A stretch of 64,000 bases of DNA, taken from positions 379,829-443,828 of the forward strand of contig CP064982.1 in the NCBI GenBank assembly GCA_016699595.1. The letters run 5' to 3'. Below, one piece after another: positions 36,916 to 46,636 of the stretch (position 1 is its first letter; each line of letters opens with the position of its first letter). Source of the stretch: a bacterium (GTDB lineage: Bacteria; Patescibacteriota; Dojkabacteria; GCA-016699595). A program made the translations under genes and the position numbers. The notes under the pieces are model-generated. The model was not told the origin of the DNA. It searched no databases and saw only the letters and a list, made by a program, of their open reading frames with translations.

Positions 36916-39327
36916 ATGAGAACGATAAAAAAATCATCAGATATTATTATGACATTGATACTTTTGTTTGTTTTTTTTAATGTTAATGCCTCTGCTGCAA
37001 TAAATTACTTTATTTCAGGAGAAGTTGGAGGAAATAGCACTACATCTAGATTGGAAACTCAAAACCTGATGAATTCATGGAGCAGTGAAGCAGATAGGCT
37101 AGGATGCGATATTGGGCCAGCTAGTATTTCAAGTCCATTTATAGGAAATACTATGAATATAAGTTCAAATGGTATTCCCATGACTATTACGACAAGAAAT
37201 CAAAATGATAATTTTTATGGCACTTTAGGAAATAATGTAGATATTTTCACTAGCGCTACTTTACAGTCAAATTCACCACGACCCGCCAATTTTTATAATA
37301 CATCATCTCAACCACCTTACTGGGCAGATACAGCAGGTAATGCAACTACTAGAAATGCAGTATTATTTGAATTCACTTCACCTATCAGAGGATTTGGTGC
37401 TTGGTTTGGCGATCTTGAGACTAGTAACTTAGGTACTGAGGCTATTATCAGAGTATTTGACAATGCGGGAAATCAAATTGGACCTGACCATGCTATTCCA
37501 GCAGATACATCTATATCTGGTGTACCTGGTAGCTGTGGAGGATCATTTGTAGGTTGTGGTAATTCTACAACTAGATTTGTAGGATTTTGGAGCTTACCTT
37601 CTGATAATGTTTACAAAGTATTAGTTGTAGTTGGTGACGATGATGTAGGTGGAAATGGCTACTCAGAGAGGCTTTCTTTTATAGGTCCAATGATTCCGAA
37701 TAATTGTGGATATAGTGTAGGTAATCAGGTATGGAATGATACAAACAATAATGGCATTTATGAATCAGGTGAACTAGGAATACCTGGAGTTACTTTAAAT
37801 TTATATAATGATTTGGACAATTCAAACTCCATAAGCTCAGCAGACATGATCGCAAGTGATTTAAATGGAAACTTAGTGAGTTCAATACAAACTGATTCAA
37901 ACGGGAAGTATTTGTTTGAAAATTTATTGAGTGGAAACTACATAGTAAGCATAGATAAATCGACCGTACCTATGCAATATGGCATTAGCTCAATTTTCAC
38001 TGATTCAGATAATGATATAAACAATGATAACAACGGACTATTTGGAACCACATTTATGCCAAATTATTCATCAAATGCAATTAATCTTTCTCTTAGAAAT
38101 GAGCCTGTAAACGATCAAGATACTTTGCTTAATGGAGTCCCTATATTGTTAGGTCATGATAATGATAGTACATCAAACCTTACTGTTGATTTTGGTTTTT
38201 TCAATCAGCCAAAAATCACGATAAATAAAATTGTTGAAAATGGTAGCCTTGGAACTTTGGATGTAACTAATTTTCCATTGAAACTAGTGAACAATATAAC
38301 TTCTGAAGAAGTCAATATAATCAGCGGACAACTCTATTACTTGCCAGTTGGTGAATGGAAATTAGTAGAAACCACAAATTCAAATTATACTGGTTCTATT
38401 TATTGTTCGAACTCAAGTGAGTATGAAGCTTGGTCAAGTGAAGAAGATATATTTGGCGTAAATACTTTTGAGTCAACTTACGATCTGCCTATCTTAGAGG
38501 CCAATAGCACAACTAGCTGTGATCTAACAAATACATTTAACCCAGCACACATAATTTTTACTAAACAAGTTGTTGGGGGATCAAATTTACCAAATGACTT
38601 TAGTTTCAATCTAACAAATTCTATAGATACTCAAACAATTGTTAATCCGAAAAACATACATATTGATGAGCAAATCGAAATCGTTGGTGGAAATTATACG
38701 ATTGATGAAAATAATGCAGTAAACTACAATCCAACTTATGTATGTACAATTGGCAATTATATTGATCAAGATGAAGAGTTAGTCTTCACAACTAGAATAA
38801 CTACTTATGGAAATGAATTTGAAATTTTGCCAGGTGAAATTGCAAAATGTAATGTCACCAATACTTACATATCAAATAATTTGAAGATCGAAAAGACTAG
38901 TAACCAATCTTACTTCACAAAATCAGGTGATAAACTGGACTATCTATACAAGGTTACAAATTTAGGAAATTATGATATTTCTGATTTGAAAGTCTTTGAT
39001 AACAAAATCTTAGATATAAAATGTCCAAAAGTTGCGTTGATTGTAAACGAATCCGTAGTGTGCAATGGTGAATATTTTGTGACACAAGATGATGTAAAAA
39101 ACAAAAGCATTACTAATGTTGCCTATGCAACAGCTAAGTCTATAAATGGCATTTCCATTAGTTCAGTCGAAGTAAATTTAAAATTGAATCTAAAAAACGG
39201 AAATATCTTGGCAGTTACAGGAAATAACATTAGTAATACATATATTGGTATAAACTTATTTGTAATTGCGATATTATTGCTATTACTAAATCGTCTATTC
39301 AAAACAAGAGTGTTAGTGGTTGAGTAA
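36916..39327 (+). CDS. Secreted cell-surface protein with SdrD-B/Cna-B-type domain and LPXTG-like (LAVTG) sortase sorting signal
   Basis: Signal peptide (MRTIKKSSDIIMTLILLFVFFNVNASA). SD-repeat B-domain motif GNQVWNDTNNNGIYESGELGIPGVTLNLYND ... DSNGKYLFENLLSGNYIV. C-terminus LAVTG + hydrophobic stretch IGINLFVIAILLLLL + basic tail NRLFKTR. Confidence 0.65.
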   Translation: MRTIKKSSDIIMTLILLFVFFNVNASAAINYFISGEVGGNSTTSRLETQNLMNSWSSEADRLGCDIGPASISSPFIGNTMNISSNGIPMTITTRNQNDNFYGTLGNNVDIFTSATLQSNSPRPANFYNTSSQPPYWADTAGNATTRNAVLFEFTSPIRGFGAWFGDLETSNLGTEAIIRVFDNAGNQIGPDHAIPADTSISGVPGSCGGSFVGCGNSTTRFVGFWSLPSDNVYKVLVVVGDDDVGGNGYSERLSFIGPMIPNNCGYSVGNQVWNDTNNNGIYESGELGIPGVTLNLYNDLDNSNSISSADMIASDLNGNLVSSIQTDSNGKYLFENLLSGNYIVSIDKSTVPMQYGISSIFTDSDNDINNDNNGLFGTTFMPNYSSNAINLSLRNEPVNDQDTLLNGVPILLGHDNDSTSNLTVDFGFFNQPKITINKIVENGSLGTLDVTNFPLKLVNNITSEEVNIISGQLYYLPVGEWKLVETTNSNYTGSIYCSNSSEYEAWSSEEDIFGVNTFESTYDLPILEANSTTSCDLTNTFNPAHIIFTKQVVGGSNLPNDFSFNLTNSIDTQTIVNPKNIHIDEQIEIVGGNYTIDENNAVNYNPTYVCTIGNYIDQDEELVFTTRITTYGNEFEILPGEIAKCNVTNTYISNNLKIEKTSNQSYFTKSGDKLDYLYKVTNLGNYDISDLKVFDNKILDIKCPKVALIVNESVVCNGEYFVTQDDVKNKSITNVAYATAKSINGISISSVEVNLKLNLKNGNILAVTGNNISNTYIGINLFVIAILLLLLNRLFKTRVLVVE

Positions 39328-39401
39328 GTTGAGTAATAATTGAAATAACTGAGTAATAAAAGGATATCTTCATAATTTAAATTGTAGGCTCTAGTAGTTA
39401 A

Positions 39402-40487
39402 TTAGGTCAGATAATCCATCAAAGCAGCCTCTATTTCAGGTGATTTCAACCTTCTGATAGCTTTGGCTTCAATCTGCCTAATTCTTTCTCTAGTCACCTT
39501 GAATTCAGCACCAACTTCTTCCAGCGTTCTTGCAACGCCATCTTTAAGCCCAAATCTAAGTTCAACCACTTTTCTTTCGCGATCTGTAAGTCCAGACAAA
39601 ATTTCATCTAACTGCTTTTTTAAGTAGTTTAAGTTTGCCATTTCAGCTGGGTTTTCTGCATATTCATCAGCAACAAGTTCACCTAGTGTAGTATCACTGT
39701 TTCCATCCTTTCCACCTCCAATTTTCATATCCAAGCTTTGTGGTCTTTGAGCTATCTGAACGATTTCATTTACTTTATCAATGCTTAGTTTCATAGCTCT
39801 TGCGATTTCTTTTGTTGTAGGTCTTCTACCATGCTTTATTGCAAGTTCGCTAGTTACTTTTGATAACTTATTTATAGTCTCAATCATATGAACAGGAACT
39901 CTCACCGTTCTTGCTTGATCCGCTATAGCCCTTGTAACTGCTTGTCTTATCCACCAAGTTGCATAAGTGGAAAATTTGAACCCTTTGTCATATTCAAACT
40001 TTTCAACAGCCTTCATCAATCCGATATTCCCTTCTTGAATCAAATCCAGAAAATCTAGACCTCTATGAGCATACTTTCTAGCAATAGCAACAACCAATCT
40101 TAGATTGGCTATGGCAAGTAGATCATATGCCTTTTTATCATCTTTCTTTATCCTCTTGGCTAGAATTACCTCTTCTTCATTGTTTAGCAGAGGGATTTTG
40201 CCAATTTCGTGCAAATATGAACGCAATGGATCAGTAGAAGAGTGAGACCGTATTTGTTCAAGAATTTTAAATTTTTCTCTAGTAGTCAAGTCTTTGTCTT
40301 TGTAATCTGTAAAATCTCGTTCTGGATCGTCGATTATTTCAAACGCAGATTTATTTAATTGACTAATCAAACTGTCCAACTCTTCTAAATTTTCTTCTGG
40401 ATATGGGATTACATCTAGAAATTGGCTAAAAGTTATATATCCCTGATTTTTTGCAATTTGAGAAATTTTTTGATACATTATATTCAT
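39402..40487 (-). CDS. rpoD: RNA polymerase sigma-70 factor (primary sigma)
   Basis: Regions 2-4 present: [31 protein letters not shown] (2.4/-10 recognition), [23 protein letters not shown] (4.2). Confidence 0.85.
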   Translation of the reverse strand: MNIMYQKISQIAKNQGYITFSQFLDVIPYPEENLEELDSLISQLNKSAFEIIDDPERDFTDYKDKDLTTREKFKILEQIRSHSSTDPLRSYLHEIGKIPLLNNEEEVILAKRIKKDDKKAYDLLAIANLRLVVAIARKYAHRGLDFLDLIQEGNIGLMKAVEKFEYDKGFKFSTYATWWIRQAVTRAIADQARTVRVPVHMIETINKLSKVTSELAIKHGRRPTTKEIARAMKLSIDKVNEIVQIAQRPQSLDMKIGGGKDGNSDTTLGELVADEYAENPAEMANLNYLKKQLDEILSGLTDRERKVVELRFGLKDGVARTLEEVGAEFKVTRERIRQIEAKAIRRLKSPEIEAALMDYLT

Positions 40488-40579
40488 AGTTTTCGAAAAG
40501 CAATTCTATTGAAGAAACAGCTTTGCATATACCATATCTTTTTGAGAAATTCAATCATTTTATGACTACACCAAAATAA

Positions 40580-41377
40580 ATGTCCAAGTTACTTATTCCA
40601 ATACTTACTACACCTATTGTCGTTTTAACTATACTTTTACCATACTTTCATAATTATTTAGCACTTTACTCTCTATTCCTCATAGTATTGACTATATTGA
40701 TCTATCACTTTGTGTCAGTTATTGGAAAAAAGAATGTAGATATGAGGTCTTTGCTTTTGTTTGATAAAAAGGGATATATAATTCAAATGACAAAGCATTA
40801 TTTGTATCCAATTATCATTGTTCTCGTTCAAATTTCCTTTGTTGCGATTGATTATGATCGACCTTTTGAATTGATCATTCTTACTATTACCTCTGCTTTA
40901 CATTATCTTTTACTAACAAATATTTTTGCTTATTATGACAACAAATTTCAACTAGAAGCGAAGACTCATGTTGTCTATGATTTAGTAAAGTCAATAATTT
41001 ACTTTTTGCTGATATACAATCTTTTGCATTTTTATACTTTGGGTTTTGTAAATATAATCGTGTTTATTGCTAGTGTATTCACAGTTTCAACACTAGCTCT
41101 ATTATCATCAATCCAAAGAAGTTCAAAAGAGTCAAATAAGTATACGGATCTGAAACTAGTTTCAATACTTGCAGGATTGTTAATTGGAATTATTTCATTA
41201 CTACTTATAAGCTTTAACTTAAATATGCTTGCGATTAGTATATTGATATTTAGTACTTTCTACCTCATGATATCAATATTACGGCACAAATTGGACGAAA
41301 GTCTGACTAAAAGAGTAATCGTTGAATATATTAGCTTTGAATTATTACTTTGGGGAATGATTTTCCTTGCTAGATAA
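40580..41377 (+). CDS. Hypothetical polytopic membrane protein
   Basis: Seven or more hydrophobic helices. No motif. Confidence 0.4.
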   Translation: MSKLLIPILTTPIVVLTILLPYFHNYLALYSLFLIVLTILIYHFVSVIGKKNVDMRSLLLFDKKGYIIQMTKHYLYPIIIVLVQISFVAIDYDRPFELIILTITSALHYLLLTNIFAYYDNKFQLEAKTHVVYDLVKSIIYFLLIYNLLHFYTLGFVNIIVFIASVFTVSTLALLSSIQRSSKESNKYTDLKLVSILAGLLIGIISLLLISFNLNMLAISILIFSTFYLMISILRHKLDESLTKRVIVEYISFELLLWGMIFLAR

Positions 41378-41454
41378 AAATACTTTTACAGTTTGGATTG
41401 TTTTTCATCCAAAAGTTGGAAGCAAAGCTATACTCGCCTCCAACTAGAAATACT

Positions 41455-44445
41455 TTAGTCAACCTTGGAAATAGCGAACCAAAGCTCTTCACTTCCAAAA
41501 GTTTTCCTTTGCAATAACTCTCTCGAGGAGCTTCTCTTCATACTTTGTGCTTTAATCTTAGATGAAAGTTGCTCCAAATTTGCTTCAATTGAGTCTAAAA
41601 CAAGATTGGAACCATTGTAAAGTATATTGACCTCATCTTCCAAGTTAAGTCCAATTTGTTTCCTTTCAAGCTGAAAGAAAGATGTAATCTCCCTAACCAA
41701 ACCCAATAATCTGAGTTCATTTGTGATATTTAAATCAAGTTTAATTTTCAAATCATCATTTAATTTGTCATTCACTAATTCAAACACATTTAATTCTTGC
41801 TTAATTAGCTCAATTTGTTCTTTAGTTAGTTTTTTGCTTACTTCAACACTTGACAATACCTGTTTAACAGGGATTTTGTTTTCATCTCGAATCTTCAAAC
41901 CAGCTGAAATTATATCTCTAACCTCTTCCATTTTAGAAAAAACATCTGGGAATTGCTCCACTGTTGAAGTTGCCTGCAAGGTTGTAGTCGTTTCAATATT
42001 CTCCCATTCAACCATATGAACTGATTCAAAGTTAAATTTATCTTGGTAATCTTTCAAAACTTGCCAACTATACTCAGTTACAAAAGGAATCAATGGCGAC
42101 ATACTGAAAGTCAGATTCAACAGCACTCTGTAGAGCGTTTGCAAAGCTGAATTATCTTTCGATACAAATCTATCCCTGTTTGTTTTGATGTACCAACTGG
42201 ACAGTTCATTTATAAATGTCTGCAAATCTTTTGCTACATTTGGTATGTTGTAATTTGACAAGTTTGTATCAGTACCTACAATTAACTGTGATAGTTTTGT
42301 CAAAATCCACGTGTCCGAAAAGTTATCTGAAACAAAGTTCCCATCATATTTGAAATCTTCCGCGTATAAAACAAAGTATTTTAAACTATTCAAAAGTGGC
42401 AAGAGAATGATCTTGACTTGATCTTTAATTGTTTCCTCTTTACATTCTGCATCTCCACCAAGAAGTAAAGGTGAATTCATGAGAAATAGTCTAACAGCTT
42501 CGCCACCTACTTCATTTAAAACTTTTGTACTATCTGGATAATTCCCGTAGCTTTTACTCATCTTCCTTCCATCATTTCCAGCAACTACACCTGTACAAAT
42601 CACATTATCAAAAGCAATATCATCAAAAACTCCAACTGACATCCTATATAAAACATTGAACCACGCTCGAACTTGACCAACATACTCAACTATAAAGTCA
42701 GCTGATGGCTTCGATTTGAAAACCTCTGTGTTTTCAAACGGATAATGGTACTCAGCGAATGGAACTGACCCGGCATCCATCCAATTATCTAGTACTTGAG
42801 AGATTCTTTTGTAATGTTTTCCATCTCTATGTAGAATGATATCGTCACATATGTCCCGGTGCATAGTTACCTCGTTGTCATTTACTTGAAGGTAATATTT
42901 ATCATCCTTTTTGTATATTTGATCATTTGAATTGTCCATCATTTCTTGAATTGAACCTATTACCCACATATCATTTTCATCTTCTAGGTTCACCCAAATT
43001 GGCATAATCGTATTCCAGTATCTTTCACGAGAAATACACCAATCCGGGGAAGATTCTATGGTATTTTTCCATCTACCATCCCTTATGGATTCTGGAATCC
43101 AATTCGTTTGATCTATAAGTTCAAGCATTCTTGGTTTGATTTTTTGTACATCTATAAACCAAGCATCTTGAGTTTTGTAAATAAGTGGATTTACACCTCT
43201 ATAATAAGGAAGTCTATGTTTGTAACTTTTGATTTTCAAGACTTTTTCATCTCGAAGTAATTCTTTTGCTATTTCCAAATTTGCATCCCGAAGGTATTTA
43301 CCTTTATAACTTCCCACTAGTAAATGTCCTGTATTATCTATAGATCCATAGTCACTTAGTTCAAACTTTTTGCCCATTTCGAAGTCTTCTGCACCATATG
43401 CTGGTGCTATATGAACTATACCGGTCCCATCCTCCATTGACACATGATCTCCATGATAGATTTTGAAATCATTAGAATTCTGAGTTGGAATATCAGGCAA
43501 GTATTGCTCATAATTTAAATTCAGCAGTTCTTTTCCTTTGAATTTATCTATAACTTGAGGATTTACGAATTCTTTTGATAAACTTTGTTTTAATTGATCA
43601 AATAATTTGTCTGCAAGTACCAAGTGTTCTTCCTTATTCTCATCATATTTGACTAAAAGATAATCTTCAGCTTCATTCACAGCCAAAGCAAAGTTGGCAT
43701 AAAGTGTCCAAGGAGTTGTAGTCCAAGCCAAAACAAAAACATTACTTCTTTCGAAAACTTTACTAGATAACTCAAATGGATTGATCAATCTAAATTTCAT
43801 ATAAACTGACACATCTTCAGTTTCTTGATAATTATCAGGGTCCATATTTACTTCAAATTCTGAAACTGGGGTACCTGAATCCGTAGAATATAATGAAGTT
43901 CGTTTGCCTTTATAAATTAATCCTTTATCCCAAAGTTGTTTGAATGCCCAAACTACAGATTCTCCAAACTTTTGATCCATAGTTTTGTATGCATGATCCA
44001 TATCAGACCATCGACCTAGTTTGTCCATATACCACCTCCATGCATCAATGTTCGTACCTACAAAGTCACGACACATTTGTATGTAGTTTTTGATACCTAT
44101 TTCATTTTCGATTTTGTCTTTTGACTCTTCTCCCTTGATGCCAAGTTTAGAATTTAGCTTTTCTTCAACAGCAAGTCCATGACAATCCCAACCAAAAACA
44201 CGTCGAACTGATTTACCTTTCATAGTTTGGTAGCGAGGTATCACATCTTTTGCAACCGAACAAAGCATATGACCATAATGTGGAACATCGTTAGGAAAAG
44301 GCGGCCCATCTACAAACCTGTATTTCGGAGCATTTTCTCGCAGTTTTGTAACTTTCTCAAAAATTTGATTTTCTTTCCAGAATTTAGTAACTTCAGCTTC
44401 TATTTCCGGTAATGTTTTGTTTGGTAATTGTATTTGTTTTGACAT
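41455..44445 (-). CDS. ileS: Isoleucyl-tRNA synthetase (type 2, long form)
   Basis: HIGH-region PHYGHML, KMSKS, editing-domain and WCISRERYWN motifs. 996 aa. Confidence 0.8.
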   Translation of the reverse strand: MSKQIQLPNKTLPEIEAEVTKFWKENQIFEKVTKLRENAPKYRFVDGPPFPNDVPHYGHMLCSVAKDVIPRYQTMKGKSVRRVFGWDCHGLAVEEKLNSKLGIKGEESKDKIENEIGIKNYIQMCRDFVGTNIDAWRWYMDKLGRWSDMDHAYKTMDQKFGESVVWAFKQLWDKGLIYKGKRTSLYSTDSGTPVSEFEVNMDPDNYQETEDVSVYMKFRLINPFELSSKVFERSNVFVLAWTTTPWTLYANFALAVNEAEDYLLVKYDENKEEHLVLADKLFDQLKQSLSKEFVNPQVIDKFKGKELLNLNYEQYLPDIPTQNSNDFKIYHGDHVSMEDGTGIVHIAPAYGAEDFEMGKKFELSDYGSIDNTGHLLVGSYKGKYLRDANLEIAKELLRDEKVLKIKSYKHRLPYYRGVNPLIYKTQDAWFIDVQKIKPRMLELIDQTNWIPESIRDGRWKNTIESSPDWCISRERYWNTIMPIWVNLEDENDMWVIGSIQEMMDNSNDQIYKKDDKYYLQVNDNEVTMHRDICDDIILHRDGKHYKRISQVLDNWMDAGSVPFAEYHYPFENTEVFKSKPSADFIVEYVGQVRAWFNVLYRMSVGVFDDIAFDNVICTGVVAGNDGRKMSKSYGNYPDSTKVLNEVGGEAVRLFLMNSPLLLGGDAECKEETIKDQVKIILLPLLNSLKYFVLYAEDFKYDGNFVSDNFSDTWILTKLSQLIVGTDTNLSNYNIPNVAKDLQTFINELSSWYIKTNRDRFVSKDNSALQTLYRVLLNLTFSMSPLIPFVTEYSWQVLKDYQDKFNFESVHMVEWENIETTTTLQATSTVEQFPDVFSKMEEVRDIISAGLKIRDENKIPVKQVLSSVEVSKKLTKEQIELIKQELNVFELVNDKLNDDLKIKLDLNITNELRLLGLVREITSFFQLERKQIGLNLEDEVNILYNGSNLVLDSIEANLEQLSSKIKAQSMKRSSSRELLQRKTFGSEELWFAISKVD

Positions 44446-44446
44446 T

Positions 44447-45523
44447 TTAAAATTTGTGTGATATTTTATCTAAGTAAAGCAAAAACTCTATTTGCTTTAA
44501 GAAATCATCTTTTGCAGTTGATTTGTGCTTAAATTCTTTTGCACTATCAAACAAGAACCGTAAAAACTCGAATATTTCATCTCTATCAATATCAATAAAT
44601 AATTTTGCAGTATCAAAATAGCTTTTTGCAATGTTCTCCAATACTTTAGGTCCATATACATAATTTACATCATAATTTTGTTGTTGCGGCATTTTTACAT
44701 ATTTGTTTAACTGTTCCAAAGATAAATTATAGCTAAGTTTAATTTTATTGGCGGTTGAGTCGAAAACTTTCGACAAGCATTCATCAATAAAGGACGTATA
44801 ATTATAATCCTTACTTTTTTGAAAATCTTCAACTCCTCCATTTATATATATTTTTAATTCCCAAGATAGTAGATCATCTATAGCATCATGCAATCCTTCA
44901 TGATTTACTTTTGAATTCATTAAAGTATTTACTGAATTAAAATGACCAGAACTTACTAAGCACTTTGCATAAGAAAAATAGTCATGTCCTCTTCTAACTC
45001 CGTCAATTATTGGATCCCAATATTCTTTTCCGTCTTTGTCTGTTTCAATATACTTTAAACTTCTAAATTTATCTGAAGCCAAAATCCTACCTTCACTTGA
45101 AATTTTTACATACTTCATTTGTTCTATATACTCAGTAAAATCAATTGGAAAACTTTGCCATAGCCCATCATTATCAAAGTGAGTAGGCAAAGCTACCAAA
45201 GTATGTAGCAACTCTAGACTGTTTGTCTTGATATTTAGAAATGTTTCACTGTCTATATCCAACCTTTCACATATATCAAATGCCTTAAGCCGTACTTTCA
45301 ACAAATCTGTTTGATATTGAATTAGTATATCTCTAACTTTATCTCTCACTTGACCATGAGGACACTCAAATATTTCAGAGTGATTTTCTTGAATATGGTA
45401 GAAATCTTCATGGATGCAAATTCTACTTTTTTGCTCTCCAATATTGACTTTCACAATTTCGAAACCTAAGCTCTGATAGAATTCATCTGTTTGCGTTTTG
45501 AAAAAATTTGCCCAAGATATCAT
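44447..45523 (-). CDS. Hypothetical protein (co-oriented, 1 nt upstream of ileS)
   Basis: 358-aa ORF, no motif. Its start overlaps the stop of the upstream gene by 4 nt. Confidence 0.4.
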   Translation of the reverse strand: MISWANFFKTQTDEFYQSLGFEIVKVNIGEQKSRICIHEDFYHIQENHSEIFECPHGQVRDKVRDILIQYQTDLLKVRLKAFDICERLDIDSETFLNIKTNSLELLHTLVALPTHFDNDGLWQSFPIDFTEYIEQMKYVKISSEGRILASDKFRSLKYIETDKDGKEYWDPIIDGVRRGHDYFSYAKCLVSSGHFNSVNTLMNSKVNHEGLHDAIDDLLSWELKIYINGGVEDFQKSKDYNYTSFIDECLSKVFDSTANKIKLSYNLSLEQLNKYVKMPQQQNYDVNYVYGPKVLENIAKSYFDTAKLFIDIDRDEIFEFLRFLFDSAKEFKHKSTAKDDFLKQIEFLLYLDKISHKF

Positions 45524-46347
45524 TTCTCAAAATAACCTTGATAATTATCTCTTGTAACCCCATACTTTTCTTCAAGTTCCCTAACTACATTATCTGAAAT
45601 CCAATCTGGATCAAAAAACTGATCATTACTTTTTAGCTTTTGTAATATCACCTCTCCTGCAACTTTTGCATTTTCCGCATTTTCACCATATAAACTATGA
45701 ATCCAATCCAATCTTTCTTTTTCTTCTGCAGTAAGTTCATAATTCAAGTATTTAAATATAACTTCTAAAGTACTTTTAACTGAAATATCACTATTGTTTA
45801 TCGGTATATCTACATACCTACTCCAATCTCGAAACTCATACGGTTCAAAATTATAATTTGTCAAGTAATGAGAATTATCTGATACCATTCGCTCCTTTTG
45901 CTTAAGTAAATCTTTAGTTCTCCCATTTATCTCAGCCCTTTTTTGTATAACTTTCCAATTTGCGAAAAGAAATATTGCAGTTGAACTTTCTCCAAAATCT
46001 AAATTAAGATTTTGTTCATTATTTAGATCTGACTTATATTTTCTAAATCTTGCTCCGGGTTTTGATTCAATAACTGCATTTTTATACTTTTCTTGACTTA
46101 ATTTCGCAGCTTCAATCAAGTACTTATCATTTATTGGGTCAATTAGTTCAGCTAACTTCGAACCCATTAATTTGTCGAATTCTTCACCATGATCTTCTAA
46201 TTCAAGCTTTCTTGCAACTGGTCGAAGTGATCCACTGACAATTCCAGCTTGTTTGATGTAAGCTAAACTTAACATAATAGTTGTATTTCCAGTCATTGGA
46301 CATCCACAAAGTATGAAAATACTTTTCATAACATTTATTTGTTTCAT
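45520..46347 (-). CDS. Hypothetical protein
   Basis: 275-aa ORF. N-terminal ILCGCPMTGNTT is only loosely P-loop-like. Confidence 0.35.
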   Translation of the reverse strand: MKQINVMKSIFILCGCPMTGNTTIMLSLAYIKQAGIVSGSLRPVARKLELEDHGEEFDKLMGSKLAELIDPINDKYLIEAAKLSQEKYKNAVIESKPGARFRKYKSDLNNEQNLNLDFGESSTAIFLFANWKVIQKRAEINGRTKDLLKQKERMVSDNSHYLTNYNFEPYEFRDWSRYVDIPINNSDISVKSTLEVIFKYLNYELTAEEKERLDWIHSLYGENAENAKVAGEVILQKLKSNDQFFDPDWISDNVVRELEEKYGVTRDNYQGYFEK

Positions 46348-46636
46348 ATCTGAATCTTGTTTTAATTCTTAATTTTAACCAAATTATTAAAAAACTCCCC
46401 ACACTAGAAATTATCTAATGCAGGGAGTCAAAATTTTAACTCGTACCGTCCTGATTCTCTGAATGTTTCAGACTTTTTCATTTTTACAACTTGTTTGTTG
46501 TCAGGTTCTAATAAGTGTTTAAACTTTTCTTCCCAAATTCTTGCCTTTGATAGAGACTTAAAACGAATTTTGTGAATTATATACTATATGATCCATTAAT
46601 TCAAATTGAATATCTTGTTTTAACTTAAAAATATAT

